DNA of 64,000 nucleotides from a virus. Its lineage: Duplodnaviria; Caudoviricetes. This document shows, piece after piece, positions 38,043-49,617 of this stretch (the stretch's first letter is position 1; each line of letters opens with the position of its first letter). The DNA is taken from the IMG/VR virus record IMGVR_UViG_3300044655_001017; one strand, given 5' to 3'. Made by a program: the position numbers and the translations under genes. The notes beneath the pieces were generated by a model. The model saw only the letters and a list, made by a program, of their open reading frames with translations. It did no database searches and was not told where the DNA came from.

Positions 38043-38774
38043 CCTTCCTAAGTTTTTAATGTAATTTCCAATATCGTGATTAACAAAGAAATTAATCTTA
38101 CCTTTTTTAAGTCCGATATAAAAACCTTTTACTCTATCTTTGATTGTCTGCCATCTTGTAAAAACTCTTACATTGCCATGATGATCAAAGTAGTGTAGCT
38201 GACCATGATGCTTATATGGAAAAATTGGATTCCGTGTAACTGCATCTGCATTGTTTACCCATCTATGATGTTCAATGTTTAAGCTATTCATGTGTTTAAT
38301 AAATGTCATATCACCAACACGCGGACTACCGTATGTATATAAAAACGGCGTAGTTAATTTTTCTGTACGCGCACATCTTGCAGTTATAAGGGTTGCCATT
38401 GCTGCACCTAAACTATGACCTGTACACCATACTTTACGATTAGCACCGTATTTTTGTAACATCTTTAATAAGTCAACCCAAATAAGATCTACACTTGTTC
38501 TAAATCCATGATGCACTAACCCGTGTCCTGATCTACTTGGTACTAGTGCAAATTCTATGTCATGTGCAACATCATTAAAGTGAGTTGGTTGTGTTCCACG
38601 ACACACTACTATTAAATCATCGTTGTCCCATAATACATACAAGTCTGACCCACCATGGCTTATAAATTTACTGTCATATCCTAATTCTTTAAATTCTTGA
38701 TCGTCATTATATGCAAGACTGCTCAATGTTGCCATTGTTAATGATTTTTGTTCAAAGGTTAAATCTGATATCAT
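38037..38774 (-). CDS. lipase class 3
   Basis: RGT, VHHGF, TGHSLGAA nucleophile elbow, TYGSPRVGD, RWVNNAD. Confidence 0.9.
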   Translation of the reverse strand: MISDLTFEQKSLTMATLSSLAYNDDQEFKELGYDSKFISHGGSDLYVLWDNDDLIVVCRGTQPTHFNDVAHDIEFALVPSRSGHGLVHHGFRTSVDLIWVDLLKMLQKYGANRKVWCTGHSLGAAMATLITARCARTEKLTTPFLYTYGSPRVGDMTFIKHMNSLNIEHHRWVNNADAVTRNPIFPYKHHGQLHYFDHHGNVRVFTRWQTIKDRVKGFYIGLKKGKINFFVNHDIGNYIKNLGRL

Positions 38775-38783
38775 ATCAAGCTC

Positions 38784-38927
38784 CTAGTCTAATCCGTTAA
38801 ACGGACCTTCTTTTCCGTACGCCCACAGCGCATTCTTTTCATGTATGGTTCTTGCTAGTCTACGAGGTAGGAATGGTAGAATAGGATGCACTAATACATT
38901 ATGAATAATACTTTTAATTAAATCCAT
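38784..38927 (-). CDS. 47-aa hypothetical protein not in ORF track
   Basis: MDLIKSIIHNVLVHPILPFLP...GLD* with GAGG SD. Confidence 0.55.
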   Translation of the reverse strand: MDLIKSIIHNVLVHPILPFLPRRLARTIHEKNALWAYGKEGPFNGLD

Positions 38928-39004
38928 AGTTGTCCTCTCACTTTACTTTACATCTTATTGTATTTATTGTATAATATATACATATTAACTAGCAAGGAGT
39001 ATGT

Positions 39005-39424
39005 ATGACAAGAATTAATTCAAATGTAGACCCTAAACAATTAATGGATCAACACCTTATGGCAGAATACAGAGAATTACCTATGGTGCTTGCATCGCTT
39101 CGTCGGTCGTTGAAGACACAATCAGAAAGAGAAGTTCTTAAAAAAATTCCTCCTAAATTTACACTTAATACCGGGCACGTAACATTTTTCTATAACAAGC
39201 TAACATTCCTTAGGAATAGATATGATCGGTTAGTTAGCGAATTACACAACAGAGGATACAACTTAGATCAAGGTCGTGTACTTGATCTAAATGGTATACC
39301 TTCTACGTTTTTTAATGATTGGTCTGCAACACCTGCAGATGATGCTGTATTAGAACAGCGTATTAAGGAAAAGATAGCTATGAAGCCATCTTGGTACAAA
39401 TATTATGGTAAATCTGTGTTATGA
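39005..39424 (+). CDS. denV: pyrimidine-dimer DNA glycosylase / endonuclease V
   Basis: MTRIN...[38 protein letters not shown]. Confidence 0.95.
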   Translation: MTRINSNVDPKQLMDQHLMAEYRELPMVLASLRRSLKTQSEREVLKKIPPKFTLNTGHVTFFYNKLTFLRNRYDRLVSELHNRGYNLDQGRVLDLNGIPSTFFNDWSATPADDAVLEQRIKEKIAMKPSWYKYYGKSVL

Positions 39425-40623
39425 CAAGTACACAGATCAAACACGATAACAAGTGCATTAACTAAATCGTCAATCATCCCATCAGTATGCAATGGAGTAG
39501 GTGCAAATCGCAAACGCTCTGTTCCTACTGGGACAGTTGGTGAATTTATTGCTTGTGAATAGATATTAAAATCATTTAATAGCATGTCACTCATTGTTTT
39601 GCATCTTCTAGCATCTCCTACTAGAACTGGAACAATGTGTGTGTCACTTTGCATAACAGGTAACCCTGCTTCTATTAATCTTGCTTTTAATTTGTTTGCT
39701 TGTTGCTGATGTTTTAATCTTAACTCATTATGATCTTTAAGATACTTAACTGCTGCTAATGCTCCGGCACATGTTACCGGACTCATTGATGTTGTGAATA
39801 TAAAACCGGCTGCTACTGATCTAATTGCATCAATTACATCAGAACTTGCTGCGATATATCCGCCCTGGACTCCAAACGCCTTACCGAGAGTACCGTTGAC
39901 TATGTCGACTCTCCCTTGTAACTGTAGTTCTTCTAGCTTACCCGCTCCACATGTGCCATAAAGTCCAACGGCGTGTACTTCGTCTATATAGGTTATAGCG
40001 TGGTATTTATCTGCTAAATCACAAATATCCGCTATTAGACTAATATCACCATCCATCGAATATACACTTTCAAAAACAATACAAGGTGTGTGATTATTAT
40101 CTATTGCTCTAATTAAACATTCTTCTAAATCAATTAAATCATTATGTTTAAATATTTGTTTTGGCGCTCTGCTGTGCGACATGCCAACAATTAAACTATT
40201 GTGATTTTTACTGTCGCTTATAAATTCAATGTCTTTTACAATTTTAGATAATGCAATTAAACTCCATTCATTAGCAACATATGCAGAGCTGAATAACAAC
40301 GCTCTATCTTTCTTATGTAATAATGCTAGTTCATATTCTAATGCAACATGATAATGGCTAGTTCCAGAAATGTTTCTAGTACCACCACTGCCTGCACCAG
40401 TCATGTCTAATGCAGTTCGCATTGCATCAAGTACAACTTTATGCTGCCCCATACCTAGGTAATCGTTACTACACCAGTTTATAATATTTTTAATATTATA
40501 CGGACCGTACCAAATTGCAGTTGGGAACTTACCGTTTTCTCGTAATATATCGTTAAACACACGGTAGTTACCAGAGTCTTTTAAGTTTTGAATAGTTTGT
40601 TTGAAAGGTTCATTGTTTATCAT
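39403..40623 (-). CDS. hemA: 5-aminolevulinate synthase (Shemin pathway)
   Basis: [50 protein letters not shown] (PLP Lys), ERLRFAPTP. Confidence 0.9.
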   Translation of the reverse strand: MINNEPFKQTIQNLKDSGNYRVFNDILRENGKFPTAIWYGPYNIKNIINWCSNDYLGMGQHKVVLDAMRTALDMTGAGSGGTRNISGTSHYHVALEYELALLHKKDRALLFSSAYVANEWSLIALSKIVKDIEFISDSKNHNSLIVGMSHSRAPKQIFKHNDLIDLEECLIRAIDNNHTPCIVFESVYSMDGDISLIADICDLADKYHAITYIDEVHAVGLYGTCGAGKLEELQLQGRVDIVNGTLGKAFGVQGGYIAASSDVIDAIRSVAAGFIFTTSMSPVTCAGALAAVKYLKDHNELRLKHQQQANKLKARLIEAGLPVMQSDTHIVPVLVGDARRCKTMSDMLLNDFNIYSQAINSPTVPVGTERLRFAPTPLHTDGMIDDLVNALVIVFDLCTCHNTDLP

Positions 40624-40664
40624 AGTACACTATTTAAACATAAATATGATAAGAGGACACAAAA

Positions 40665-41299
40665 ATGAGAGTTCAAGATATTATTAGAAACATGTTAAAC
40701 TTGATCGATGGTGGAGAACAGGAACCTATTGAGCCAGAGTTTATACTTAAACCTGATCACAAAGTAACAGCAGGTGATGACATTAACAGATTTAGGCAAA
40801 TTGTTGATTTGGCAGATAGTCCAGAACGACACAGATTTATTAATGAACCTAATCCGGCGTATGCAGGTGTAGATTCAGTTACAATACATGCAGGTGGCGG
40901 AATGAATGGTCCAAAACATCCTGCTGATATAAGAGTTAAAGATCCAAGTGCGTATCCGCATTTAATTGATACAGAATTTGAACCAACAGACGATCATCCT
41001 GAACATATTGTAATGATTAAAGCAATGAGGGGGCAATAATGTCAGCTAACGGAATCGCATGGTTATCAACCAAAGAAGCAAAACAAGCAGCTAAACTTGC
41101 GTTAGCAAAAGCTAAACGTCAAGGTAAAATTGTAGCAGCTGATGGTACAGTTACAGGAAGTGTAGATCCTACTAAACAATACTATCGTGATAGAAACAAT
41201 TATGATATTACGCAATTACCAACAAAATATAACGGTGACGGAATTACAGACAATCCTAATGCAGGCGGACTAGTATTAGGTCGTCCTTGGATTACATAA
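40665..41299 (+). other. two hypothetical late genes (40665-41039, 41039-41299)
   Basis: ATAAATA upstream near 40640; coupled ORFs. Confidence 0.6.
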
Positions 41300-43332
41300 T
41301 GGCGTACGAACACGACAATAAAAATCCTAATTTAAATAATTTACATCATGCAATGGAACTTGTTGACGAAATACCACATGTTCGCGTTACGTTAGGATCT
41401 GATAATATTACAGTAACTGGCAGTGTTAACATTGCATCTGAAATTAAAATTAATAACACCGAATTACAAAGTATTCCAGTTCATTTAACAAGTGATATTG
41501 ATGTAGGTAACTTCCCAGCATTTCCAACTAGTATTGATGTAGGTAACTTCCCAGCATTTCCAACTAGTATTGATGTAGGTAACTTCCCAGCATTTCCAAC
41601 ATTAATCAAAGTATCTAAAGATAGTAATGACAACACTGTAAATAATCGTATATATGTTGATGCTAATGTTTCTAATACTAATCCAATTGCAGTAACTGGA
41701 ACATTTTGGCAAACTACACAACCAGTTAGCGGAACTGTAACAGCTAATGTAACATTCCCAACTACCCAACAAGTAAGTGGCACAGTTACGTTAGACAGCG
41801 GAAGTTTGTCAGCACTTGAAAACATCAATGCTATAGTAAGCGGTACAGTTGAGTTAGGTAGTACAACATTAACAGCATTAGAAAATGTAGGTGTTACTGG
41901 CACAGTTACAGTACAAGATGGCGGTGGTAGCATAACAGTAGACGGTACAGTATCAGCAACTGTGAGTGGCACAGTAGAACTAGGTGCTAGTACATTATCA
42001 GCCTTAGAGAATACTACAGTTACTATTAGTGGAACACCTACAGTTAACATCGGTACTATACCTGAAGTAGAGATTAAGAACGACAGTGGCAATCCAGTTC
42101 CTATTAGTGGGAATGTCAATGCTACGATTACAGGTACACCTGTTGTATCGTTTGGTGGAGCAAATCTAGATGCGTTTGGCAGATTACGAGTTAGTAATCC
42201 GTTTACTTTGTTTGATGGTGCTCAACGATACAGAGATGACCCATTCAAATGGAATCAAGTAGATACTGGTGCGGCTACAAGTGTATTTCTACCTAATGAA
42301 AGTTCAGTATTAATGTCGGTGTTAGGCAACGGCGATGAAAGTTTGAGACAAACTAAATCAGTGTTTGCTTATCAGCCTGGTAAGAGTTTGCTGACGTTGG
42401 CTACTTTTGTTATGACCACACCTACCGCAGGCTTGCGTCAGCGGGTAGGATTGTTTGGAGCACAGAACGGTGTATACTTTGAAGTAGATGGTAATACATT
42501 AAATCTTGTGATTAGAAAATATACATCAGGGTCTGTAGACAATACTACAGAAAAGTTTGCTCAAGCAAATTGGAATGGTGATAAACTTAATGGAACCGGG
42601 CCAAGCGGCATCACGTTAGTTGTAAGTAGAGCACAGATTTTTTGGTGTGATATTGAATGGCTGGGCGTAGGATCAGTTCGTTGCGGATTTGTTATCGATG
42701 GGCAGTTTATACTCTGTCATACATTCCATCACGCTAACCAAGTCAGCTTTAACAAAGTTTACATGACTACTGCTTCATTACCTGTTAGATATGAACTAAC
42801 AAGCACCGGAGCTGCGGGCACCATGCGAGCCATATGTTCAACTGTGATATCCGAAGGTGGCTACATGAATCGTAGTGTTAGTCGAAGTATTGGAACTAGT
42901 CTAACAGGCAAGGATCTCAGCAACACAGTATATAGACCTCTAGTATGTATCAGACTCAAAGGAGCTAATCTTGATTCAGTTGTTGTCCCTGTTAAGTTTG
43001 ATCTGTTTGGTCTACAACAGGCTGCATTTGTCTATCAGATAATTATAAATCCAACATTGACTGCTGCTAGCTGGACCAGTGCCGGAACAGACAGTTCAGT
43101 AGAGTATGACCTTTCTGCTACCGGATTGTCAGGTGGAACTGTGATTGATCAAGGAATATTTGTGGGATCAAACAAAGGAGGATCAGCCTCTATTACTTCG
43201 AATGACGTAGACTTTAGTCAACAACTAGGACGCACTATTGCCGGAGTATCAGATATATGGTGTTTGGCTGCTATTGCTACTACTAATAACGATGATGCTG
43301 TAGGAGTAGTTACTTGGCAAGAGCATATATAA
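41287..43332 (+). CDS. putative tail/virion fibre or adhesin-like protein
   Basis: Thr/Val/Gly-rich VSGTV repeats; C-terminal domain starting LDAFGRLRVSNPFTLFD. Confidence 0.6.
   Translation: MDYIMAYEHDNKNPNLNNLHHAMELVDEIPHVRVTLGSDNITVTGSVNIASEIKINNTELQSIPVHLTSDIDVGNFPAFPTSIDVGNFPAFPTSIDVGNFPAFPTLIKVSKDSNDNTVNNRIYVDANVSNTNPIAVTGTFWQTTQPVSGTVTANVTFPTTQQVSGTVTLDSGSLSALENINAIVSGTVELGSTTLTALENVGVTGTVTVQDGGGSITVDGTVSATVSGTVELGASTLSALENTTVTISGTPTVNIGTIPEVEIKNDSGNPVPISGNVNATITGTPVVSFGGANLDAFGRLRVSNPFTLFDGAQRYRDDPFKWNQVDTGAATSVFLPNESSVLMSVLGNGDESLRQTKSVFAYQPGKSLLTLATFVMTTPTAGLRQRVGLFGAQNGVYFEVDGNTLNLVIRKYTSGSVDNTTEKFAQANWNGDKLNGTGPSGITLVVSRAQIFWCDIEWLGVGSVRCGFVIDGQFILCHTFHHANQVSFNKVYMTTASLPVRYELTSTGAAGTMRAICSTVISEGGYMNRSVSRSIGTSLTGKDLSNTVYRPLVCIRLKGANLDSVVVPVKFDLFGLQQAAFVYQIIINPTLTAASWTSAGTDSSVEYDLSATGLSGGTVIDQGIFVGSNKGGSASITSNDVDFSQQLGRTIAGVSDIWCLAAIATTNNDDAVGVVTWQEHI
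41496..41600 (+). repeat. 36-nt tandem repeat, about 3 copies (IDVGNFPAFPTS)
   Basis: tattgatgtaggtaacttcccagcatttccaactag repeated perfectly. Confidence 0.95.
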
Positions 43333-43648
43333 AAGATAAGTATAGTATAGCTAAAGGATTTATAATGAGAGCAAAAGAATTTACAATCAATGTGCCAATA
43401 AACATCAAGATAAACGGCGACGGTGATCCCGAAATTGACGTAGCAGGCAACGATTCAGAAGAACCTGATGAAAACCCAGTGTTTGTATCGCCATTGCAGC
43501 AAGAATTAGAACTTAAAAAAGCTGATGCTGGCAAAGACAGCGCAGTAATTGATAAATTGACTGAACCTGAAGATGTAGGTGAAGAACCACCTGATGAAAC
43601 AGACGAACTTTCTCGTATACTTCAACTGTTAAAACGATAAGTACTATT

Positions 43649-44050
43649 ATGAAAGTACAAGAAATATTAACAGAAGGTTTACAGTACAATAAAGCTACAC
43701 GCATTATTGATAAGTTTATTGAGTTTGCAGCGAGCGAGTTGCAACTAGATGAACTGCCTGACATTAATTTACAGGACGGTAATGAAGTTAGTGTAAAGCA
43801 TAAATCATTTGGCGGATATGGTAATAAACATATTACTGTTACATTATCTAATAGACATATCATGGACGTATGCAGAACACTTGCACACGAGTTGGTCCAT
43901 TATAGACAAGACATGAATAACGAATTAACACAAGACAGTGGTAAAGATGGAAGTCCCCACGAAAATGAAGCTAACGCACAAGCTGCGGTTATTATGCGAA
44001 AGTGGGGTAAAATGCATCCTAATCTGTTTAAACAGCCAGCAGTGGAATAA
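43649..44050 (+). CDS. HExxH metallopeptidase-like late protein
   Basis: RTLAHELVHYRQ...ENEANA; MKVQEILTE start. Confidence 0.7.
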   Translation: MKVQEILTEGLQYNKATRIIDKFIEFAASELQLDELPDINLQDGNEVSVKHKSFGGYGNKHITVTLSNRHIMDVCRTLAHELVHYRQDMNNELTQDSGKDGSPHENEANAQAAVIMRKWGKMHPNLFKQPAVE

Positions 44051-44877
44051 CTATGAGAAAAAGCACTCGATCAATATTACAAGAACTTAGTGACATTGGA
44101 ATTAGCCGTGATACCAACTTAGTTATAGAAAGTCGGGGGTCTAACCTAATAGAAAGCGCAATTAATTTATTAGAATTAATAAAAGAAAATTATGATTTAG
44201 AAACTGCTGCTGAATTAGAGCGCCGGTTTATTAATAGTATTAAATCAGGCGACGCTAACAAGTTTAAACGTAGTATTAAACGTATTCAAGAAAATAAGCA
44301 ATAACACAAGCATTTTTAATTTAGATGCTAAATAATTATAACACTTACAGAGTAGTAAGTTATGGTAATAGAGGAGAAATATCATGCCATCATTAATTGG
44401 AACAAACGTTACAACTAACTATTTAAAAATGCCTGCTCAACACACATACGGTGTTGGCGAAATCTACAGCAACTTTGGTACACGTCAATTACGTTTATTA
44501 AGAGTAACTGCAGTTACTGGTGCAACAGGTTCTACAACAGCTGTTGACTTTTCAGCTAACTATACAGCGTCTGCTAGCAAATTTGCATTAGCAGTTCGTG
44601 CATTGCAAACAGGTGCAGAAATTTATCAAATTTGGGTTCCTGGTACATCAGGTTTCTTAGTTGCAGTATCAGAAGATACACTTAACGATTCTGACACATC
44701 AGGTAACACTGCAGGTGGCCCAGTTTCTACCGCTACATATGGCGATTTAGAAGCTGCAATCACAGCAGCAGTTGCAACTGGTACAGGTGCAGCTACTGTA
44801 ATTACTGCATTAACTGTTGATTCAACAGGTATTGCATTAGGCGCAGTTGCTTAATTAAGTCTCTTAGGGATGGGATT

Positions 44878-44909
44878 AAAAGGGTTCACTTTTTGTGAAC
44901 CCTTTTTTT
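44878..44909 (+). terminator. intrinsic terminator
   Basis: AGGGTTCAC-TTTTT-GTGAACCCT followed by a T run. Confidence 0.9.
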
Positions 44910-45623
44910 ATGACTGTTAAATAGCATATGGAAGAATATAAACTTTATACATTTGTTGACATAACACATACTGGCCAATACAGAGCAGAACCAGGTAAAG
45001 AATCTGCACGATGGAAGGAACAAAACTTCAATACTATTGTACAAACATTAGGTATCCGTAGTAACATTATATATTATCAAAGTCCACAAGCTACCGAAGT
45101 AAGAGGTAGTTTAGTAGGGTTTGATACTGACGAAATTGTTAGACTGTGGCGTTTTGATTTTGCTACTGAACGTGAGTTAGTATATGAAGAAGACGGCGAT
45201 CCTATTGCATTTCTTAGAGATGATTTTGAATTAGTGCCATACATACAAGGGTTGGATGAACGGTTGCATCAAACACACGCAGTATTCTTAACTGAAGGTA
45301 AAAATAAGAATATTGTTTTTTATAAAAAGCAATAAATATAAATGTTACACAATGTAACTCAACGAACGACCGAGAGAGCGATGAGATGTCATTAAAACCA
45401 ACTGATATAGAAAAAAATAACTTAGAAAGCCATGTAGAATTATGCGCATTACGTTATCAAAACTTAGAAACACGCTTAACAACAATTGAATCAAAAGTAG
45501 TTTCACTTGCTGACAAGATCCAAGAAAGCCAATCAAGTATGAGTAAAGTAGTAATTGGTGCAACTGCAACAATTATAGCTGGCTTATTATCAACTGTGGT
45601 AACAATCTTAATAAAATTTTAAT

Positions 45624-46331
45624 ATGCGATTTAACGAATTATCTGTCCAATCAATACCGTATCAAGAAACACTTAATACATTGCTTTGGAAAAATAATCA
45701 ATTAAAAACTGAAATACGTTACCAACTACTGCTTATTGCTAGGAATTTTACAGAATTTTTAAAAGTAAAGTCAATACATTTAAAAGATATTACTATTAGT
45801 GGGAGCAACGCAAGTTACGGATATTCTGAGTTTTCAGATATTGATTTGCACCTGGTAGTAGATATTCCTAGCGATAAACCAGAACTTGTTGAATTATATG
45901 ATGCTAAGAAAAATCAATATAATTTCACATACAATATAAAAATTAAAAACATTGATGTTGAACTATATGTACAAGATAGTAAACAACATCATGAATCTGC
46001 AGGCATTTATAGTATCATAAATGACAACTGGATTAAAGAACCAACACATCAAACACCTAGAGTAAGCGAACAAGAAGTAAACGATAAAGCTCGTAATTAC
46101 GTAGGGCAAATTAATCAAGCATTAAAATCATCTAAATTAAAGTTAGCTAACGATACAATGGATAACATTAAACGATTACGAAAATCAGGTTTAGATGATG
46201 TGGGCGAGTTTAGTGTAGAAAATCTAGCATTTAAGGTATTACGCGCACATGGCAAGATTGATAAATTACGCAACCATATAAACAAATTACAAAGTTCGGC
46301 ACTTAGCCTAGGAGAACAGAATGAAGATTAA
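45624..46331 (+). CDS. pol-beta-superfamily nucleotidyltransferase
   Basis: ITISGSNASY...SDIDLHL (GS-x-DxD), DVELYVQD third acid. Confidence 0.8.
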   Translation: MRFNELSVQSIPYQETLNTLLWKNNQLKTEIRYQLLLIARNFTEFLKVKSIHLKDITISGSNASYGYSEFSDIDLHLVVDIPSDKPELVELYDAKKNQYNFTYNIKIKNIDVELYVQDSKQHHESAGIYSIINDNWIKEPTHQTPRVSEQEVNDKARNYVGQINQALKSSKLKLANDTMDNIKRLRKSGLDDVGEFSVENLAFKVLRAHGKIDKLRNHINKLQSSALSLGEQNED

Positions 46332-47546
46332 TGAAATTACAGATAAATTTAAAGTAATGCAAAGTAGTCCGCAAGGAATTAAACTTGCAGCACAAAACGG
46401 TACTGAAATAAATTTACCACCTGAACAGGCAAATTCAATTATTCCAGATCCACAAAATCCAAAATCTTCAGTATTAAATCTTAATACTCCTCAACAGGTA
46501 CAACCTACGTTAGGACAACCTGAACAAGGCCAACCTGTACCTACCGGTACTGATCAATCAGCAGGTCAACCTGTACCTACAGGGGAACCTGCACAAGGCC
46601 AACCTGTACCTACAGGACAACAACCTCAATTACCACAAGTTGGATCAGAAGTTGAACTTGCAGATAACGTAGGGTCAACTATGCAAACTGAAAAATTTAA
46701 TAATACCGATCTAGTTGATTCTGGAAAGAATGCAGACATTAGCGGTGATAAAACTGACGATTATATTAACGACATAACTAATGACGACGATACATATACG
46801 TCAGGTAGAAGTAAGCGCACTAGTAATCCTATAAAAGAATCAGCTGAATTAATTGCTATGTTAACTATTGCAGGGTTAAGATGAAAATAAACGAGCTTAT
46901 TTCAAACTTTGAAATATTCATTACTAATGAAGAAAGAACGTTATTAAATAAATTATCCGGTCCAGTTAGATTATCACATTTATCTGACCGAGAACAATGT
47001 TTAGCAGAGAACATGATCCGAAAAAGTCTATTAAAAAAAATTGGCTTTGAAACACCATACGTACTTGTAAATGAAAAAACAACAGACTAGAATAATTAAA
47101 GAGTTTGCTGGTTATTTTGACCAAGAATTACAAACTACTTTACCAATTTCTGTATTACCAGACGGATCATTATTATATAAAGATTTTTTAGTTAAACAAC
47201 TTGACAATACATTTTGGGGCGTGTATAATATACTGTCAAAAGATTTAATTAATGAATACTTTCTTAAAAGTTGTGCGTTAATTGCTGCAAAGGAATATAA
47301 CAATAGACATTATGAAAAATATCAGTCAGTTAAATTGTTAGATAGCAAATATGCGTCAGCTACTAATGATACTACTATATTTAACCACAATATTGATCTA
47401 GTAACTGACAGTGAAAAATATTATGTAATGTTAACACGATTGGAAGAAAGTACAGCACTATCTCAGTACTACAAGCAACTGATTTTAAGATTGTTTCGTC
47501 AGTCTTTTATATAAATACGTAATAAGAAATAACCTAGGAACCAATT

Positions 47547-48518
47547 ATGCAAATAACCGATTTAAATCAACGTATGACTAGTTTAAAACTAAACGAAAGT
47601 TTAGCTAAAAACTTTGGTTATAAAATACAGTTAGAAAACTTTACAGATGCTCAACTTGAAGATGCACGTAACAAATTACGCACTAAACTTAGCCAATTTG
47701 AAATGAACGAAAGCTACAACACTGTAGTTGAAAATACCGAGTATCAAAAAACTCGTATGTTCCTTGATGTGGTTAATCAAGAAATATTTGAACGTGAAGA
47801 AACTCCAGAAAAATGCATCGATGAAAAAGATGTTAAAAAGAAAAAACAAAAAACAGACGAAGGATACGCGCAACGTACTTTACGATCACGTGCTGAAAGA
47901 CTTTCAGTCCCTAATACCTGGATTAATAGTGCAATCCAAAGAATTTCATTAGGCGAGTCAGATCGTCGTGAATTAACTGCAGAATTGAAACTAAGATACG
48001 ATTTAAATGAATCACAAGCTAGTTGGATTTTGTTAGAAAACGAAGAAGGCAAAGCTGATATCATTATTAAAACCCGCGATATCGTTGATCGAATCACCGG
48101 CTGGTTAGAAGATGTAGCTGCTATGAGATCAGAACAATTTTTAGAATTAGTTGATGATATTAAACATGTTTCAGGTAGTGATGTTGCTCAAAAATATTCT
48201 AGTACAGTTAAACCTGCACTAGATGGAATTTACGATTCATTAGAACAAGCACGTTCAGGGTTGACTACAGGGCTTGCGGTTGTATCAGGTGACGAACCAG
48301 AAATGTTAGGTGAACCAACTCCGGGTAGTATGCCAAATCCCAATGCAGGCGTAGCTCCGGGACAAGAAGATTTAAATATGGGTGGTGCTCCTGCTCCGAC
48401 CGGCGCTCCAGAGGAAGCTGGGTTAGGTGCTCCTCCGGCAGATGCAGGACGTATGAAACGCGAAAGTGTAGAATATAGCCGTAAGTTAGGTATGATGTTA
48501 AGCTCAAAAAAAAAGTAA
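47547..48518 (+). CDS. conserved late hypothetical protein ending SKKK* at a slippery site
   Basis: 323-aa ORF behind TATAAATA; last codons TCA AAA AAA AAG TAA. Confidence 0.75.
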   Translation: MQITDLNQRMTSLKLNESLAKNFGYKIQLENFTDAQLEDARNKLRTKLSQFEMNESYNTVVENTEYQKTRMFLDVVNQEIFEREETPEKCIDEKDVKKKKQKTDEGYAQRTLRSRAERLSVPNTWINSAIQRISLGESDRRELTAELKLRYDLNESQASWILLENEEGKADIIIKTRDIVDRITGWLEDVAAMRSEQFLELVDDIKHVSGSDVAQKYSSTVKPALDGIYDSLEQARSGLTTGLAVVSGDEPEMLGEPTPGSMPNPNAGVAPGQEDLNMGGAPAPTGAPEEAGLGAPPADAGRMKRESVEYSRKLGMMLSSKKK

Positions 48519-48841
48519 ATGAAACCGTTGAGCCGTTAGAAATTGCGTTAAAAACACTGCAAGCAGCAGCAAATAATCGTAACTGCTCGGCTCAAGTAAC
48601 TTGGAAAACAGCATCAAAAATAAGTAAAATGCATATTGATCAACCAACATTTGCACTTAGATATGAAGCAGAAGGCCCAGAGGGCGTGTTGCATCAATAT
48701 GTTGATCATTACGATGATGCAGGGCTTGTTCTTAAAACCAATCAGTTACAACAACACCCAGTAACACAGCATACTGAACCAGAAAGTTCTAGAGATAAAT
48801 GGACTAAGGATGCAGTAAAGAGAATGAAACAAAAAAAGTAG
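48485..48841 (+). CDS. -1-frame ORF probably expressed as a frameshift fusion with 47547-48518
   Basis: Frame open from 48485 with no ATG/GTG/TTG until 48629; overlaps the A9G run at 48506-48515. Confidence 0.55.
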   Translation, partial: VRYDVKLKKKVNETVEPLEIALKTLQAAANNRNCSAQVTWKTASKISKMHIDQPTFALRYEAEGPEGVLHQYVDHYDDAGLVLKTNQLQQHPVTQHTEPESSRDKWTKDAVKRMKQKK

Positions 48842-48858
48842 TTGACATTGACAGTTAA

Positions 48859-49596
48859 ATGTATTATAATTATGTTATGAAACTACTAACTGAAAAATAT
48901 CAATACACACCAATAAACAGACAATCCGTTGAGGGCAAGCGTTTATATTCTTGCCCTGATGGATCTAAAGTTCCTTCCGTAACTACAATCCTATCAGCAA
49001 CTAAACCAGAAGAAGATAAAGCTGCACTGCAAGCGTGGCGTAAAGCTGTTGGCTATGAAAAAGCACAACAAATTACGACTGAAGCTGCTAGTCGTGGAAC
49101 TCGTATGCACAAATTTTTGGAAGATTTTGTCGCACAAGGATATATAAACGAAGCAGGTACTAATCCATATAGTCAGCAAAGTCATAAAATGGCTCAACAC
49201 ATTATAGATCACGGATTAAAAAACGTCAACGAAGTATGGGGTAATGAAGTTGCGCTTTACTATCCAGGTTTATATGCGGGTACTACAGATGCTGTAGGGT
49301 TACATAACGGTGAACCTGCTATCCTTGATTATAAACAATCTAATAAACCTAAAAAACGTGAGTACATTGAAGATTACTATCTTCAACTAGCTGCATATTC
49401 TATTGCACATAATAAGATACACGAAACTAATATACAAAAAGGGGTAGTACTTATGTGTGTTAAACCGCCCGAACTTTCTCCGTGGGTATGGGGTGAACCT
49501 CAATATCAAGAGTTTATACTAGAAGGATCTGAATTTAACAAATACGTTAATAAATGGTGGGATCGGGTGGATGCATATTACAGTATGAACGGATAA
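48859..49596 (+). CDS. PD-(D/E)xK exonuclease (Cas4/MGME1-like); true start probably near 48878
   Basis: VPSVTTIL, RGTRMH, YAGTTD, ILDYK, YYLQLAAY; TTGACA-17-TATAAT at 48842-48870. Confidence 0.85.
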   Translation: MYYNYVMKLLTEKYQYTPINRQSVEGKRLYSCPDGSKVPSVTTILSATKPEEDKAALQAWRKAVGYEKAQQITTEAASRGTRMHKFLEDFVAQGYINEAGTNPYSQQSHKMAQHIIDHGLKNVNEVWGNEVALYYPGLYAGTTDAVGLHNGEPAILDYKQSNKPKKREYIEDYYLQLAAYSIAHNKIHETNIQKGVVLMCVKPPELSPWVWGEPQYQEFILEGSEFNKYVNKWWDRVDAYYSMNG

Positions 49597-49617
49597 ATAC
49601 AACAAACGGAGATTATT

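Larger units (their letters stand above)
43314..47514 (+). other. late hypothetical/virion gene run (43314-43640, 44053-44304, 44384-44854, 44928-45335, 45386-45622, 46321-46884, 46881-47090, 47071-47514)
   Basis: TAAATA late promoters before several; 44384-44854 is Ala/Thr-rich with a strong SD and terminator, typical of an abundant virion protein; 45386-45622 is coiled coil plus C-terminal TM. Confidence 0.6.

Noticed and set aside
48859-49596. Cas4 as evidence of a CRISPR system
   Set aside because: A stand-alone PD-(D/E)xK exonuclease without the four-Cys cluster, other cas genes or an array.
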